A stretch of DNA of 62,272 bases, counting the filler, from Isurus oxyrinchus (Eukaryota): assembly GCA_026770705.1 (NCBI GenBank). It is 2 parts of one record of this genome, joined end to end, with 100 filler letters (N's around TTAATTAATTAA, not from the genome) between each part and the next. Parts side by side here need not be neighbours in the genome. Positions count along the whole stretch, not along the records: positions 31,077 to 62,272 come from JANJGN010000163.1; 1 more part is not named here. One strand, given 5' to 3'. Below are positions 37,294 through 49,303 of this stretch, one piece after another. Positions within the stretch are counted from its first letter, which is position 1. Each line of letters starts with the position of its first letter. Under the pieces are notes generated by a model. The model was not told the DNA's origin and made no database searches. It saw nothing but the letters and a program-made list of their open reading frames with translations. Position numbers and translations under genes: made by a program.

Positions 37294-39560
37294 CCCGCTG
37301 ACATGGGTGGTGCTGTTGTTGTCTGGCGCACTGACCTCTACCTCACAGAGGCTGAGCGTCAATTCGCAGAAACTTCCTCCTACCTCTCCCTGGACCATGA
37401 CCCCACCACTGAATATCAAGCCATTGTTTCCAGGACTGTCACTGACCTCATCTCCTCTGGGGATCTCCCTCCCACAGCTTCCAACCTGATAGTCGCCCAA
37501 CCTCGGACAGCCCGCTTCTATCTCCTACCCAAAATCCACAAACAGAACTGTCCCGGTAGACCGATCGTCTCAGCTTGCTCCTGCCCCACAGAACTCATTT
37601 CACGTTATCTTGACTCCCTTCTCTCTCCCATTGTCCAGTCCCTCCCCACCTACATTTATGATTCCTCTGACACCTTACGTCACATCAACAATTTCCAATC
37701 CCTGCCCCCAACCGCTTCCTCTTCACCATGGACGTCCAATCCCTCTACACCTCCATCCCCCACCAGGATGGTCTGAGGGCCCTTAGCTTCTTCCTCGAAC
37801 AGAGGCCCGAACAATCCCCATCCACCACTACTCTCCTCCGTCTGGCTGAACTTGTTCTCACACTGAACAATTTCTCCTTCAACTCCTCTCACATCCTCCA
37901 AATAAAAGGTGTGGCTACGGGTAACCACATGGGCCCCAGCTATGTCTGTCTCTTTATGGGGTATGTGGAACATTCCTTGTTGCAGTCCTACTCCGGCCCC
38001 CTTCCACAACTCTTTCTCCGGTACATCAATGATTACTTCGGTGCCGCTTCATGCTCTCGTCAGGACTTGGAAAAATTTATTAATTTTGCTTCCAATCTCC
38101 ATCCCTCCATCATTTTCACGTGGTCCATCTCTGACACTTCCTTTCCCTTCCTTGACCTCTCTGTCTCAATCTCTGGTGATAGACTGTCCACCAATATCCA
38201 TTACAAACCCACCGACTCCCACAGCTACCTTGACTACAGCTCCTCACACCCCGCTTCCTGTAAGGACTCCATCCCATTCTCCCAGTTCCTTCGCCTTCGT
38301 CGCATCTGTTCCGATGATGCTACCTTCAAAAACGGTTCCTCTGACATGTCCTCCTTCTTCCTTAACCGAGGTTTTCCACCCACGGTGGTTGACAGGGCCC
38401 TCAACCGTGTCCGGCCCATCTCCCGCGCATCCGCCCTCACGCCTTCTCCTCCCTCCCAGAAACATGATAGTGTCCCCCTTGTCCTCACTTATCACCCCAC
38501 CAGCCTCCGCATTCAAAGGATCATCCTCCGCCATTTCCGCCAACTCCAGCATGATGCCACCACCAAACACATCTTCACTTTCACTCCCACGGTGGCATTC
38601 CGCAGGGATTGTTCCCTCCGGGACACCCTGGTCCACTCCTCCATCACCCCCTACTCCTCAACCCCCTCCTATGGCACCACCCCATGCCCATGCAAAAGAT
38701 GTAACACCTGCCCCTTCACTTCCTCTCTCCTCACAGTCCAAGGGCCCAAACACTCCTTTCAAGTGAAGCAGCATTTCACTTGCATTTCCCCCAACTTAGT
38801 CTACTGCATTCGTTGCTCCCAATGTGGTCTCCTCTACATTGGAGAGACCAAACGTAAACTGGGTGACCGCTTTGCAGAGCACCTGCGGTCTGTCCGCAAG
38901 AATGACCCAAACCTCCCTGTCGCTTGCCATTTTAACACTCAACCCTGCTCTCTTGCACACATGTCTGTCCTTGGCTTGCTGCATTGTTCCAGTGAAGCCC
39001 AATGCAAACTGGAGGAACAACACCTCATCTTCCAACTAGGCACCTTACAGCCTTCCGGTCTGAATATTGAATTCAACAACTTTAGGTCGTGAGCTCCCTC
39101 CCCCATCCCCACCCCCTTTCTGTTTCCCCCTTCCTTTTGTTTTTTTTCCAATAAATTATATAGATTTGTCTTTTTACCAGCTATTTCCATTATTTTTAAA
39201 TATTTTAAAATCTTTTATGCTCCCCCACCCCCACTAGAGCTGTACCTTGAGTGCCCTACCGTCCATTCTTAATTAGCACATTCGTTTAGATAATATCACC
39301 AACTTTAATACCTATGTGTTCTTTTGTTCTGTTGTCTGTGACATCTTTTGTTGATCTGCTTCAATCGCTGCTTGTTTGACCCTACAACCACACCACCCCC
39401 CTCCACTTCTCTCCCCCCACCCAACCCACACCTCTCCCCCCAACCCCCCACCCCCACCTTAAACCAGCTTATATTTCACCCCTTCCTTGGATTCACCTAG
39501 TTCTGTCGAAGGGTCATGAGGACTCGAAACGTCAACTCTTTTCTACTCCGCCGATGCTGG
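37294..39560 (+). mobile_element. Penelope-like element, 5'-truncated copy (RT, Cys linker, GIY-YIG, 3' UTR); inactive
   Basis: ORF 37728-39092 has MDVQSLYTSI, QIKGVATG, RYINDYF (catalytic DD mutated to ND), CPCKRCNTC and VYCIRCSQCGLLYIGETKR. Frameshift near 37700. Confidence 0.95.
39499..39537 (+). ncRNA. Minimal type I hammerhead ribozyme motif in the Penelope 3' UTR
   Basis: Stem I AGUU/AACU, core CUGUCGA+A, stem II GGGUC/GACUC around loop AUGAG, GAAA, palindromic ACGU stem III, GUC cleavage triplet at 39531-39533. Confidence 0.8.
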
Positions 39561-40742
39561 CAGTTTTTTGTTTTTATCTGTGATTAATTGACTGCCCCTG
39601 CTCTTCCAGAAATGCCTACCTCCTTGAAGAAGATCTGTTCGTCTCTGCGACATGATGTCCATATCTCTCTTTTGCCTTGTTCACCTTCATTGCTTTCCAT
39701 TTCTCTCCTGGTGTTTGACAAGATGTTTACTAAAACCCACTTTCACAGCCATATCTCCTTTCTCAGTGACTGACTCCGTCTCCGACTTACCCCACGTGGA
39801 TTTCAATTGAAATTCCACGCCTCATGGTTTCGAACCCACCCAGGATTAGAGATATTTCCGGGACATAAAACGTTTCTCGGACTGGTGTTCCCGTCACATT
39901 CTGAAATCCACACTCAGTGCCATGCGCCGCCATATGAACACACTCGACCTCTCCCTCCAGCAGCACCGCCGTACCCTTTTTCAAAGCTGCGCGTGCCCCC
40001 AGTTTCATTTTATTCTTCGTCCTATCCGATGCCTCAACAAGAAACTTTTTCTCTTTCTCTCAAGTGCTAAGGAACGCAAGCTCCAACAACTCATCGACAC
40101 CCACAGCAATCTAGGACCCTCCACCTCTGCCTGTCCCTCCGTCCCCACCCCATCTTCCAATCCCAGCCCCAGCCGTGTATTCACTATACCCCCTGACCTT
40201 CCCCTCTCCGATGCTGAACGTTCAGTGCTCAGCAAAGGACTTAGTTTCATACCCTAACGCCCTCACCTCAATGAATTTCGGGCTTGGCATGATGCTGAAC
40301 TCTTCTTCCACCGTCTTCATCTCCGAGCTCACTTCTTTGGGCAGGAGTCCTCTCCCAGTTCAACGGATCCTTTTACCCATCTCCAATATTCTCCCTCCAC
40401 CTGGACCCCTCCCTCTGGATTCTTACCTTCTCTTGATCTTTTCATTGAGAACTGTCGGCGCGACATTAGTCGTCTCAATTTCTCTGCTCCTCTCACCCAT
40501 TCTACCCTGTCTCTCTCTGAACTTACTGCACTCCATTCTCTCAGGTCCAACCCTGACATTGTCATCAAACCTGCTGACAAGGGTGGTGCTGTTGTTGTCT
40601 GGCGCACTGACCTCAACCTCGCGGAGGCTGAGCGTCAACTCGCAGACACTTCTTCCTACCTCTCCCTGGACCATGACCCCACCACTGAACATCAAGCCAT
40701 TGTTTCCAGGACTGTCACTGACCTCATCTCCTCTGGGGATCT
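39561..40742 (+). mobile_element. Penelope-like element 5' part (downstream partner of a partial tandem), 3'-truncated
   Basis: Start MPTSLKK at 39612; near-identical to 51550-52730; stops and a frameshift; ends abruptly at ...CTGGGGATCT. Confidence 0.92.
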
Positions 40743-41878
40743 GGTAAAAGTCACCAGATCATTGATGAAGGGTGTCCGATTTCCCACAAGATTGTGACTG
40801 GCTAGAACAATGTCTCAGCTTCTCAACAGTTCGGAACCCCAAACTCAGCACCTCCCAAAGCGGAGGGAATTAGCTCGAGTGAAAGATGAAGGTTAACACG
40901 GGGACAGTGTTCAGTTCAAACTGCTTCATATCCCTTCTCAGTAATTCCATTCCCTCAAAGCGACAGGGAAATAATGTTCCATTCAAATCTCTTCTCAAAG
41001 TTCCCGCTGTATCTGCTTCCTGTAACCTCTTAATAACACAATCAGTTAGAATTAAAAATCACCTGAATCTCCCCCGTCGGCCGTTTATGAATCCACTTTA
41101 ATCGGCGACCCCCGTTCCCTTAGATTATTGTCAAGGGGAAAAGCTTCAGTCCCAAATCTAACCATGGCCCTAATGTGGAACATATCTATCAGATCGGCCC
41201 TCAGCTTGATCTGGCTGAATAATGGCTGTCCGTGTTTCCTCGCTGCTACTTATACTGTCGGGTAAGAGCATTAGCTTGTTATGGGACGTCAAAGTCAGTT
41301 CCCTGTGCAGAGAGCCTGAGCTGCCGAGTGGAGACATTAGACCAACTCGAGAGGATTGGACAGGGTTTCCACATGAACTATCTCTCCACAGGCCACATGC
41401 GGCCAACTGGTTCCAATCTTTGCAACCAATCATCTGTAACACAATGCACATTGCCAGGCAGCCTGACCACCTGTATTGTTAACCCCACCCAGTGACCAGG
41501 CAGGAAAGAGTCATCTGCCTTGTTTGGAGGGACAATGGGGGAGGGGGTTTTCTCTGGACCTCCATGATATGCAGCCACTTCCACAGCCAAGCGAAAGGCG
41601 GGGCGACATTCAACAAGCGAGGCAGGACCTTCCTAGGGCGCTTTGACTGGAACATTCCTTCCCAGTTAGGAACGGGCTATAATTGCTGGGCTGGGCCAGT
41701 GAAGGCCACATCCCGGGAACAAATAAGGAAACAAAAGCCCCTGAGTAAATTCCGGCCATGGATCCAATTTCCACATGGCAGTCAGAGCTGGATATTCATC
41801 CTTCTCACCTGGCCGGCTACGGAAGGGCCACCTGCTGTGCTTTGGTCAGCAAGGACCTGTCCTGTTGAGGGAGCTTCC

Positions 41879-41931
41879 AATGACATCACTTCCGCACGCA
41901 GCCATATCACGAGGCGCAGCGGCAGTATAAC
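41879..41931 (+). promoter_or_regulatory. TCR V-beta-type promoter: CRE-like decamer, ETS core and TATA-like box
   Basis: TGACATCACT at 41881-41890 (reverse complement AGTGATGTCA, matching the V-beta decamer consensus AGTGAYRTCA), overlapping ACTTCCG, and TATAAC at 41926-41931; about 60-110 bp upstream of the leader ATG. Confidence 0.7.
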
Positions 41932-41991
41932 TCCAGTCTGTGAAAGCGGGCGAAGCTGCGAGTTTGAGAGAGCGTGTGAAAGTCCCGCATC

Positions 41992-42921
41992 ATGGGCTGG
42001 ACAGTGAATCTCTCTCCACTGTTGCTGCTGCTGCTACCAGGTTACAATGAATATTTGTAAGGGGGAATGGGCTCCCTGTTGCTGAAGCGACAATTCATTC
42101 AGTTGGATCATTTGTAGAATTGGATATTGTTGAGCTCGGTGTTGCCAGTCATAGTGCGGAAGTTGCATTCTGCCAAAGTAACTGGGAACAATAGACGGGC
42201 GGGGAATATCTGCTGGACAAAGGGTTGAGGGAAAGGGGATAGGACTACATACAAATGCAAAGCCCCTTGGCAGCCGAGCTGGGGAGGTGAGCAGCCTCAC
42301 TGAGCAGGAAGAGTCCGTCTCACTGGAGAGTTAAAGTGTGTGGGGCGCGGCGAACGCGGCAGAGTTAGCGGTGTGGGGTTTGGGAAGCTGCTGGGCAGGA
42401 GTATTGCACACAAATCTGCACCCAGGACAAGTATCTCCAGAGAGCGCCGCTACCACTGAGCTGGGGCGACACTGGGCACCCAGACATTATGGTTCTGTTT
42501 CTGGGTGAAGGGAGCTGAGCGACCGAGAGCTGCGCTGTGAAATTCGACAATAGCTTTCTCCACATCCTGATGGTGCCAGTTCATTTCTGATCCGCTCTGT
42601 CTCTCACCTCCCTCCTCAGCCTCCTGCAGGAGCGCCCTGGTTTCCCAGTGGCCGAGCCGTCTGTCCGTTAGAGAGGGGGACACGGTGGAGATGGGCTGTT
42701 ACCAGAACGATACCAGCGAGAGCTCCATGTACTGGTATCGGCAGCACCCCGGAGCAGGGCTGCAGCTCATGGTCACCTCGGTTACCGGTTCGAATCCCAC
42801 CTATGAAGATGGTTTCAAGAAGAGGTTTAATGTCACCAGACCCGAGATTAAGTTGTGCAGCCTGAAAATACTGAACGTGGAGCTGACTGACACTGCGGTT
42901 TATTACTGCGCTGCTGGTGAA
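41992..42921 (+). CDS. TRBV: T-cell receptor beta variable-like gene segment, apparently intact (leader exon 41992-42040; V exon 42620-42921)
   Basis: 49-nt leader exon MGWTVNLSPLLLLLLP|gt, phase-1 intron, acceptor ctccctcctcag|. Spliced product ...PASCRSALVSQWPSRLSVREGDTVEMGCYQNDTSESSMYWYRQHPGAGLQLMVTSVTGSNPTYEDGFKKRFNVTRPEIKLCSLKILNVELTDTAVYYCAAGE has the V-set Cys, WYRQ and DTAVYYC motifs and no stops. The beta assignment is by resemblance to TRBV20/29-type and shark V-beta sequences. Confidence 0.88.
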
Positions 42922-42960
42922 CACAGAGACTCAAACAGGTGTAGATCTTGTTCAAAAACA
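42922..42960 (+). promoter_or_regulatory. 23-bp-spacer recombination signal sequence
   Basis: CACAGAG (42922-42928), 23-nt spacer, TCAAAAACA (42952-42960), directly after the YYCAAGE codons. Confidence 0.92.
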
Positions 42961-43305
42961 TCCCCGCTCTGTTCTACTGGGAGCTAAAACCTCTGTAAAC
43001 TCCAGTAAGTGGTGGTGCTGCAACCACCTGGATATTGGTGACGATCTATGTGGTTTTTACTGCAACCTTCCCAGTGGATAAAATGTCCCAACGCCTCTCG
43101 GTCTGACCTGAATGACAAGTCCAAACCTACCTCCCACAGCAAATCCTTTCCATAATGAAGACCAATAAAAACAAAGAGGCTGGAATAAGCGGCGGATTAT
43201 ACAGGGCAGCCCCCTCCCCCCGGCCTATCGCACCTATTTGAAACTGTTCTGAGGCTTCATCTCATTCCAGCAGTGCCTAATCTGTGCTTTTCCAATGTTC
43301 CTACA

Positions 43306-43349
43306 GACACTGCGGCTTGTCCCTGCGCTGCTGGTGTTCACAGGGACTC
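43306..43349 (+). pseudogene. Relic of a V-segment 3' end with heptamer (duplicate of 36664-36707)
   Basis: Same 44-nt degenerate copy of the V end, with heptamer CACAGGG. Confidence 0.65.
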
Positions 43350-43641
43350 GGACATGAAACCAGGAGCCAGTCCTGATAGGGCTGTGAGCTGGTCAGCTCC
43401 AAATCTCCATGAAGAATCCATCATTAACCGCTCTCTCTCCTTTACCAAATTACCTCATTGTGAAATGGTAAAATCCAGCTGGCCAATCAAAAATAATATT
43501 AACAAATCCAACCAGAATAATAATCACCTTCCAAATGAGATATAAGCTGGCGCGTTAACACTTCAAATAAGAAGGGCAAGTCCTTTCGGGGAGGTTTGTG
43601 TGAAGCAAATCTTCATACACAGGCTGGAGGGAAACTAGCAA

Positions 43642-44250
43642 CCTCTCTCTCTCTCTCTACACCCCCCACTCACCCCACCCCCCACCCCCCACTCCCCCCA
43701 CCATCTTCCCCCTCCCCCGAATCCCCCAATACTTCCACATCCCCCACTCCGCCCTACCCCCGCCACTCCCCCCCACTCTCTCCCCCTTCCCCGCCACCCT
43801 CACTCCCCCCCACCCCACCCGCCACTCTGCCCACTCCCTCCCAAACCCCCCCCAACCCACCACTCGCCCCTCCCCGCCACTCCCACACCGCACACCCCCC
43901 ACCTCTCCGCCGCTCCCCCCCTCCCCCAACTCCCCCCACTCCCTCCCAAACGCTGCCCCCAAGTCCCCCCTACCCCCTCCCCCCCAGTCACCCCAACCCC
44001 CCCACGGTCACTCCCCCCACTCCCTCCCCCACTCCCCCCTACCCCCACTCCTCCCTCGCCCCTCCCCCCTCACCCGACTCCCCTCTCCCCCCCACACACC
44101 TGCCACTCCCACTCCCCCATCCCCCCTTCCCACTTCCCCCGCCACTCCCCCACCCCATCCACCCAGGCCACTCCCCCCACTCCCTCCAGCACTCCCCCCT
44201 CCCCACACTCCTCCCTCCCCCGCCTCCCCCACCACTCCCCCTCCCACCAA
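43642..44250. repeat. (CT)n plus C-rich low-complexity tract
   Basis: The Pro-rich and Gly-rich ORFs here are compositional artefacts. Confidence 0.9.
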
Positions 44251-44612
44251 ACAAACCCCGTTCAGTCTTGGGGAACATTCAAACATCAATGATGAGACTG
44301 ATTCAGTGTTTCAGGTGAGGATATGGGTGTGTGGGAAATGGTTTGTGGCCGTGTCGGGTCAACCCTCTGTCCAGCATCACCCGGTGTGGCTCAAGAGCCC
44401 AGACCCTGGCTTCTCCACCTCCGCTGCCGTTTGCGGACAATGAAGGCAGTGGGTGCGGAATGTGAACCATTCACTGTGGCCTCCGTCTCTCCTCAGTCCC
44501 CTCCACAGATGGAGGAACTTTCTGTTTCTGCACACAATGTGGAACCGAGAGGGCAGAGAGAGAGAAAGGAGGGATCCATGGGTGAGGGACAAATCCACTG
44601 CGGAGAGATGGA

Positions 44613-44800
44613 CTAAGAGAACCCAAACAGTCCCACCTCCACAGGCCAGAGACAACCTGAGCTAAGAGAACCCAAACAGTCCCATCCCCACAGGCCAGAG
44701 ACAACCTGAGCTAAGAGAACCCAAACAGTCCCATCCCCACAGGCCAGAGACAACCTGAGCTAAGAGAACCCAAACAGTCCCATCCCCACAGGCCAGAGAC
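44613..44800 (+). repeat. 49-bp minisatellite, ~3.8 copies
   Basis: Units start at 44613, 44662, 44711 and 44760; one unit fewer than the paralogue. Confidence 0.95.
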
Positions 44801-45890
44801 CATCGTCCTGTTTGCAACGTCCACTCCCTCCAGCTTCAGGTCTGCCTTTGCAAGTGTCTTCGTAACAGAGGTGTGAATGGCCAAGATGTGGTGACCCAGT
44901 GGCCAACTGACTGTGCAGGAGGGGCGTTGAGTGTACAACCACCTCCCCATCCGGTGAACGTGGAGGGGCTTGCCCAGGGTATCCATGGATTAGTAATGAG
45001 TGTGCGCTGATGGAAGTGGCTGACATGGTGACCTTGCCCCTGGTGAGAGATACTGAGGAGACGCCTGAGAGAGCCTGTCCTCCTGCCTAGCCCATGGTGC
45101 TCAGGTCTCACCGTGTAGATTGGAGCACGCCTGCCAATGCGGCTTTGACAAAGTTCTTGGTAAGGTTGATGTTACCTCACAATATCTTACACTGTTTCAT
45201 CACAGTCAGAGCTTGTGCAGTGTGTGTGCTGGTTTGGACATGAAGTGACAGATCGCTGGTGATAGTGGAGCCTAGGTAAGAGGAGCTATCAATGGTGGCA
45301 TGGCAACTTCATAGGCCAGGACTACCTCTGCCGGATGCCTGGCGCTTCCTCGGTAACAGTCTTCTCCCTAGAGTACCACCCAATGTGACACCATCTCACC
45401 AGCAGCTTATTGCCGTCGGTGATGACCTCCCCCGCCTCTCTTTTGAATTGAGCAGCTTTCTTCACCGAGTGACCTGTTCCCTTTCTGATAGCGACATGTA
45501 TGCCCCTTGCCATTCCCCGTGTGGTAGGACACCTGGGTGTTCTGGCTGAGTTGTAACCAGCAGTCATTCTGGTCAGATCTAGGCTGCACCGCCCTGACAG
45601 CCTCTTGGAACTTGTTCCTGGCGTCTCCCAGTGCATTCAGAGGTTTCTTGCTCGGGTCCCTCTGGGTCACTTGGCTTCAATGACAGGTTTCCCCGCAGTG
45701 TCCTCATTTTCCACCAGTCAGCCGTTTCCTGCTCTAGCGCCCCATGTGTTGAGAGTGTGGATGGTGACTGGGGATCTATTCCATTTCACTTGGGCGCTCT
45801 GTGTGGGAACGCTGGAGAGAACCAGCTCACTCCAGTTGCAACACCGTGATTCTTGTTTTAAGAAATCTGGGTGGGCAGGTATGGTTGGCG
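44801..45890 (-). mobile_element. Degenerate RTE-clade LINE (duplicate with an ~890-bp internal deletion)
   Basis: Matches 32333-32852 and then jumps at ~45322 to the 33742 equivalent. Confidence 0.7.
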
Positions 45891-46069
45891 GTGATATGAA
45901 GGGGGTTTTCTGCTTCGAATGAAAAAGCTAGCAGGGTTACATCCTCAATGTAGTACACACCATGCAGTGATGTGTAGCACATTCTGCACTGTGGCTTCTA
46001 CGTCTGGTGAGAATAATGTTCAATAATCTTTCTATCAGAACTGCTGAGAAGTTGCTGCTATCGGTGTAC

Positions 46070-48000
46070 GCTGTACAGACCTCTACATGCAGAGGATGAA
46101 TGTCAGCTCCCAGGCACTCCTTCCTAGCTCCTCTGAACCATGACCCCACCACGGAGCATCAAGCCATTGCTTTCAGCACTGCAGCTGACTTTAGTTCCAC
46201 TGGAGGCCTTTCCTCCACAGCTTTGCAACTCATAGTTGGCCAATACCCAACAGCTCACTTCCATCTCCTTTCTATAATCCACAAACAGGACTCCCCTGGT
46301 AGCCCCATCTTCAGCCTGCTCCTGCAGAACTGAACTTACTGCTTCCTATATTCACTCAATCTTTTCTCCACTTGTCCAGCCTCTCCCCACCCACATCTGT
46401 GCCTCTTGTGATGGCCCCTATGTGACTTGAACAATACGAAGGTCTTCGAGGCCACCTGTCCACTGTGGGCATCCAATACCTCTACACCTCAATATCCTAC
46501 CAGAATGGTCAGAGTGCTGTCTGATTCTCCCTTGGACAGCGACTCAATCACTCTGCTTTCAACAGCGCTGGCCCAAGACGTTCCTTTGAATATGAAATCG
46601 AGTGGGCTGGGAAGCGGGGAGAATGGAAATCGCGGGTCGTGGTTTTTGGAGAGAGGGAAAGGATTGAGATCAGAACCTTGGCTGAACTTGTTCTGGAATT
46701 GAGCATTGCCTCCATTAGTACATCTCACTTCCTCGAAATAAAAGGTGTTGTTATGGTAAATCCCAATTATACCTGTCTCTTTGTGGGTTATGTGGGACGT
46801 TCCCTTTTCCAGCCCTACTCTGCCTCCTACCTAGGCTGTTACCCCCCACCAACCCCACGAAGTACACATCGATGGTGTTTCCTGTCCTCATGCAGAACCA
46901 GAATCCTTCATCAGCTTTCCTTCCAGTTTCCAGCCCTCCATCGACTTCACTTTCCACAATTCACTTCACTTCCTCACCTTCTATGCCTCCATTTCGGGGG
47001 GATAGTCAACCTGCTAATAATCACCATGGGCCCGCACACTTCCACATCTTCACTGACTGTGGCTGCACTTCCTCACACACATCCTACTGTAAGGACTCCA
47101 ATCGATTCTCCCCTTTCCTGTCTCGCTTGCATCATTTCCGACTCTGCAACCTTCCACAACATTGCTTCACATATGTCTTCCTTTTCCTCAACCGAGGATC
47201 GCTCCTGACTCACTGCATTTGAGGAGGCTCTCACTCATGCCTGACCCATTTCACACTCATGTACTCTTAATCCTTTCCCTCTCTCCCCGAGAACTGTGGC
47301 CAGATTTCTGTCCTCCTCACTCCCCAACCCATTAGAATTCACATTCAAGTCAACACCTTGACCCATTTCAACCAGCCTCAGCACAGCCATTAAGCCAAAC
47401 ACAACTTGACCTCCGCTTCTCTATCAGCGTTCACTCTGCAGCACCCTGGCCGAATCGTCTAACTCCTGTGGCACCCTGTCCCCTTCCAAAGGCAACTGGC
47501 CCAGCCTCAGCACCAGGCCTTTCACCGCGCATCCCCCCCCCACTCTCTTCCTCACCGTCCAACACCCCGTCCTGGTGAAACAGCGGCTGGTACTCTTTTC
47601 AGTTTAGTGACCACATTGGTTGCTCACCACACGGTCTGCTCAAACTGGGGGGGCAAACATAGAGTGGCCACTTTGCGGGGCAGTTCTGCTCAGTCTGCAA
47701 GCTTTCACACTGCCCGCCATGCTCATTCCCTGCCTTGCCCACGTGCCTGCCTTTGGGATCTTGCTTTGCGGTGATGCTCCAATAAAGCTCAAAGCAAGGC
47801 TGGGGTGCAGCAGCTCACCCTCTGACCAGGGGCTTTACAGCCATTTGGGCTCAGCTCTGAATTCAACAGCTGCAGATTATGAAACCCCCACCCCCACCAT
47901 TTCGTCCTCTTGTTTCTGTTGCCTCGTGCCAGTTCGGATCTTTGTTTTCATGTTATTTGTTTGCTTTTTTGGCTGGAGGTTTTCATTATTTTGTCATTAA
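46070..48000 (+). mobile_element. Old, degenerate Penelope-like element (duplicate, retains GIY-YIG region remnant)
   Basis: Paralogue of 34490-36100 plus an extra ~320 bp ending ...GAATTCAACAGCTGCAGATTATGA, which corresponds to EFNNFRS*. Confidence 0.8.
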
Positions 48001-48324
48001 AACTCAGCCAGGAGCATGGCTGCAACCACTGTCCCTGCCCTTGGCTCCTCTTGCATTGCTCCTTAGTTATTTGGGATCTCTTGTCTTGTATCTTTTGTCT
48101 GTACTCTCCTTGTGCCTCTTCAACAGCGTATGCCCCACACCATTTCTACGTTCCTTCGATTCTGGAAGATCTGCTTCACGTGGCAGTCGGAAAAAAGTGT
48201 AGGGTTCACTCAGTACATTGGAGAGTGCAGCATCTCCACATTATAGATTCACGGAATACAGCGGAACCTCAGTATGAACTCTGCAACATTGGAAAACCCC
48301 TTCGATGCTGACCATTTCATCACA

Positions 48325-49017
48325 CAGCACTGTCTCCGTGCTGAGCCTCTGACAGTGCAGCACTCCCTCAGTACTGACCCTCTGACAGTGCGGTACACCC
48401 TCATTACTGACCCTCTGACAGTGCAGCACTCCCTCAGTGCTGACCCTCCGACAGTGCAGCTCTCCATCAGTACTGACCCTCTGACAGTGCGGTACACCCT
48501 CATTACTGACCCTCTGACAGTGCAGCACTCCCTTAGTGCTGACCCTCCGACAGTGCAGCTCTCCATCAGTACTGACCCTCTGACAGTGCGGTACACCCTC
48601 ATTACTGACCCTCCGACAGTGCAGCACTCCCTCAGTGCTGACCCTCCGACAGTACAGCACTCCCTCAGTACTGACCCTCCGACAGTGCAGCACTCCCTCA
48701 GTGCTGACCCTCCGACAGTGCAGCACTCCCTCAGTGCAGACCCTCTGACAGTGCAGCACTCCCTCAGTGCAGACCGTCTGACAGTGCAGCACTCCCTCAG
48801 TGCTGACCCTCTGACAGTGCAGCACTCCCTCAGTGCAGACCCTCTGACAGTGCAGCACTCCCTCAGTGCTGACACTCCGACAGTGCAGCCCTCCCTCAGT
48901 GCAGACCCTCTGACAGTGCAGCACTCCCTCAGTGCAGACCCTCCAACACTGCAGCACCCTCTCAGTACTGACCCTCTGACAGTGCAGCACTCCCTCAGTA
49001 CTGACCCTCTGACTGTG
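48325..49017. repeat. 33-bp satellite, ~21 copies (GACAGTGCAGCACTCCCTCAGTRCTGACCCTCY), probably derived from the DeuSINE core domain
   Basis: 11-aa periodicity in three open frames. The reverse complement ACTGAGGGAGTGCTGCACTGTC resembles the Deu domain of AmnSINE1/SacSINE1-type SINEs (recalled, not searched). Confidence 0.9.
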
Positions 49018-49303
49018 CATGCAAAGTCCTGCACCTTGCCAGACAACGCCGTGTACTTATCAAACTCTCTCTCTCTCTCTACACCCCCCACTCACCCCAC
49101 CCCCCACTGCCCCCTCCGCACTCCCCCCACCCCCCACTGCCCCCAATACCCCCCCCCCACCCCCTGTCCCCCCTACCCCCTCCAACCACTCACGCTCCCT
49201 CCCACTGCCCCCACTCACTCCCCCCATTCCCCCACTCACTGCACCCTTCCCCCTCCCGCTGCCCCCTCCCCTTCTCCTTCCCCCCTCCTTCCACTCCCCC
49301 CTT

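Larger units (their letters stand above)
43703..48024 (+). repeat. Segmental duplication block, copy 2 (paralogue 31077-36122)
   Basis: Collinear near identity with 31077-36122. Confidence 0.95.

Noticed and set aside
37909-38766. Overlapping 285-aa Ser/Pro/Thr-rich ORF repeated at 49920-50777 and 53174-54031
   Set aside because: It is an alternative frame of the C-rich Penelope coding strand, where stop codons are compositionally rare. It starts at GTG and has no recognisable domain.
42489-42504. Alternative V leader exon ATGGTTCTGTTTCTGG|gtgaag
   Set aside because: It would give a 10-residue leader, too short for a signal peptide. The 41992-42040 exon has the right length, hydrophobicity and upstream promoter.
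43596-44318. Pro-rich extensin/formin-like ORFs and Gly-rich antisense ORFs (also 31021-31772 and 36954-37331)
   Set aside because: They are translations of C-rich low-complexity DNA and are not conserved in frame between the duplicated copies.
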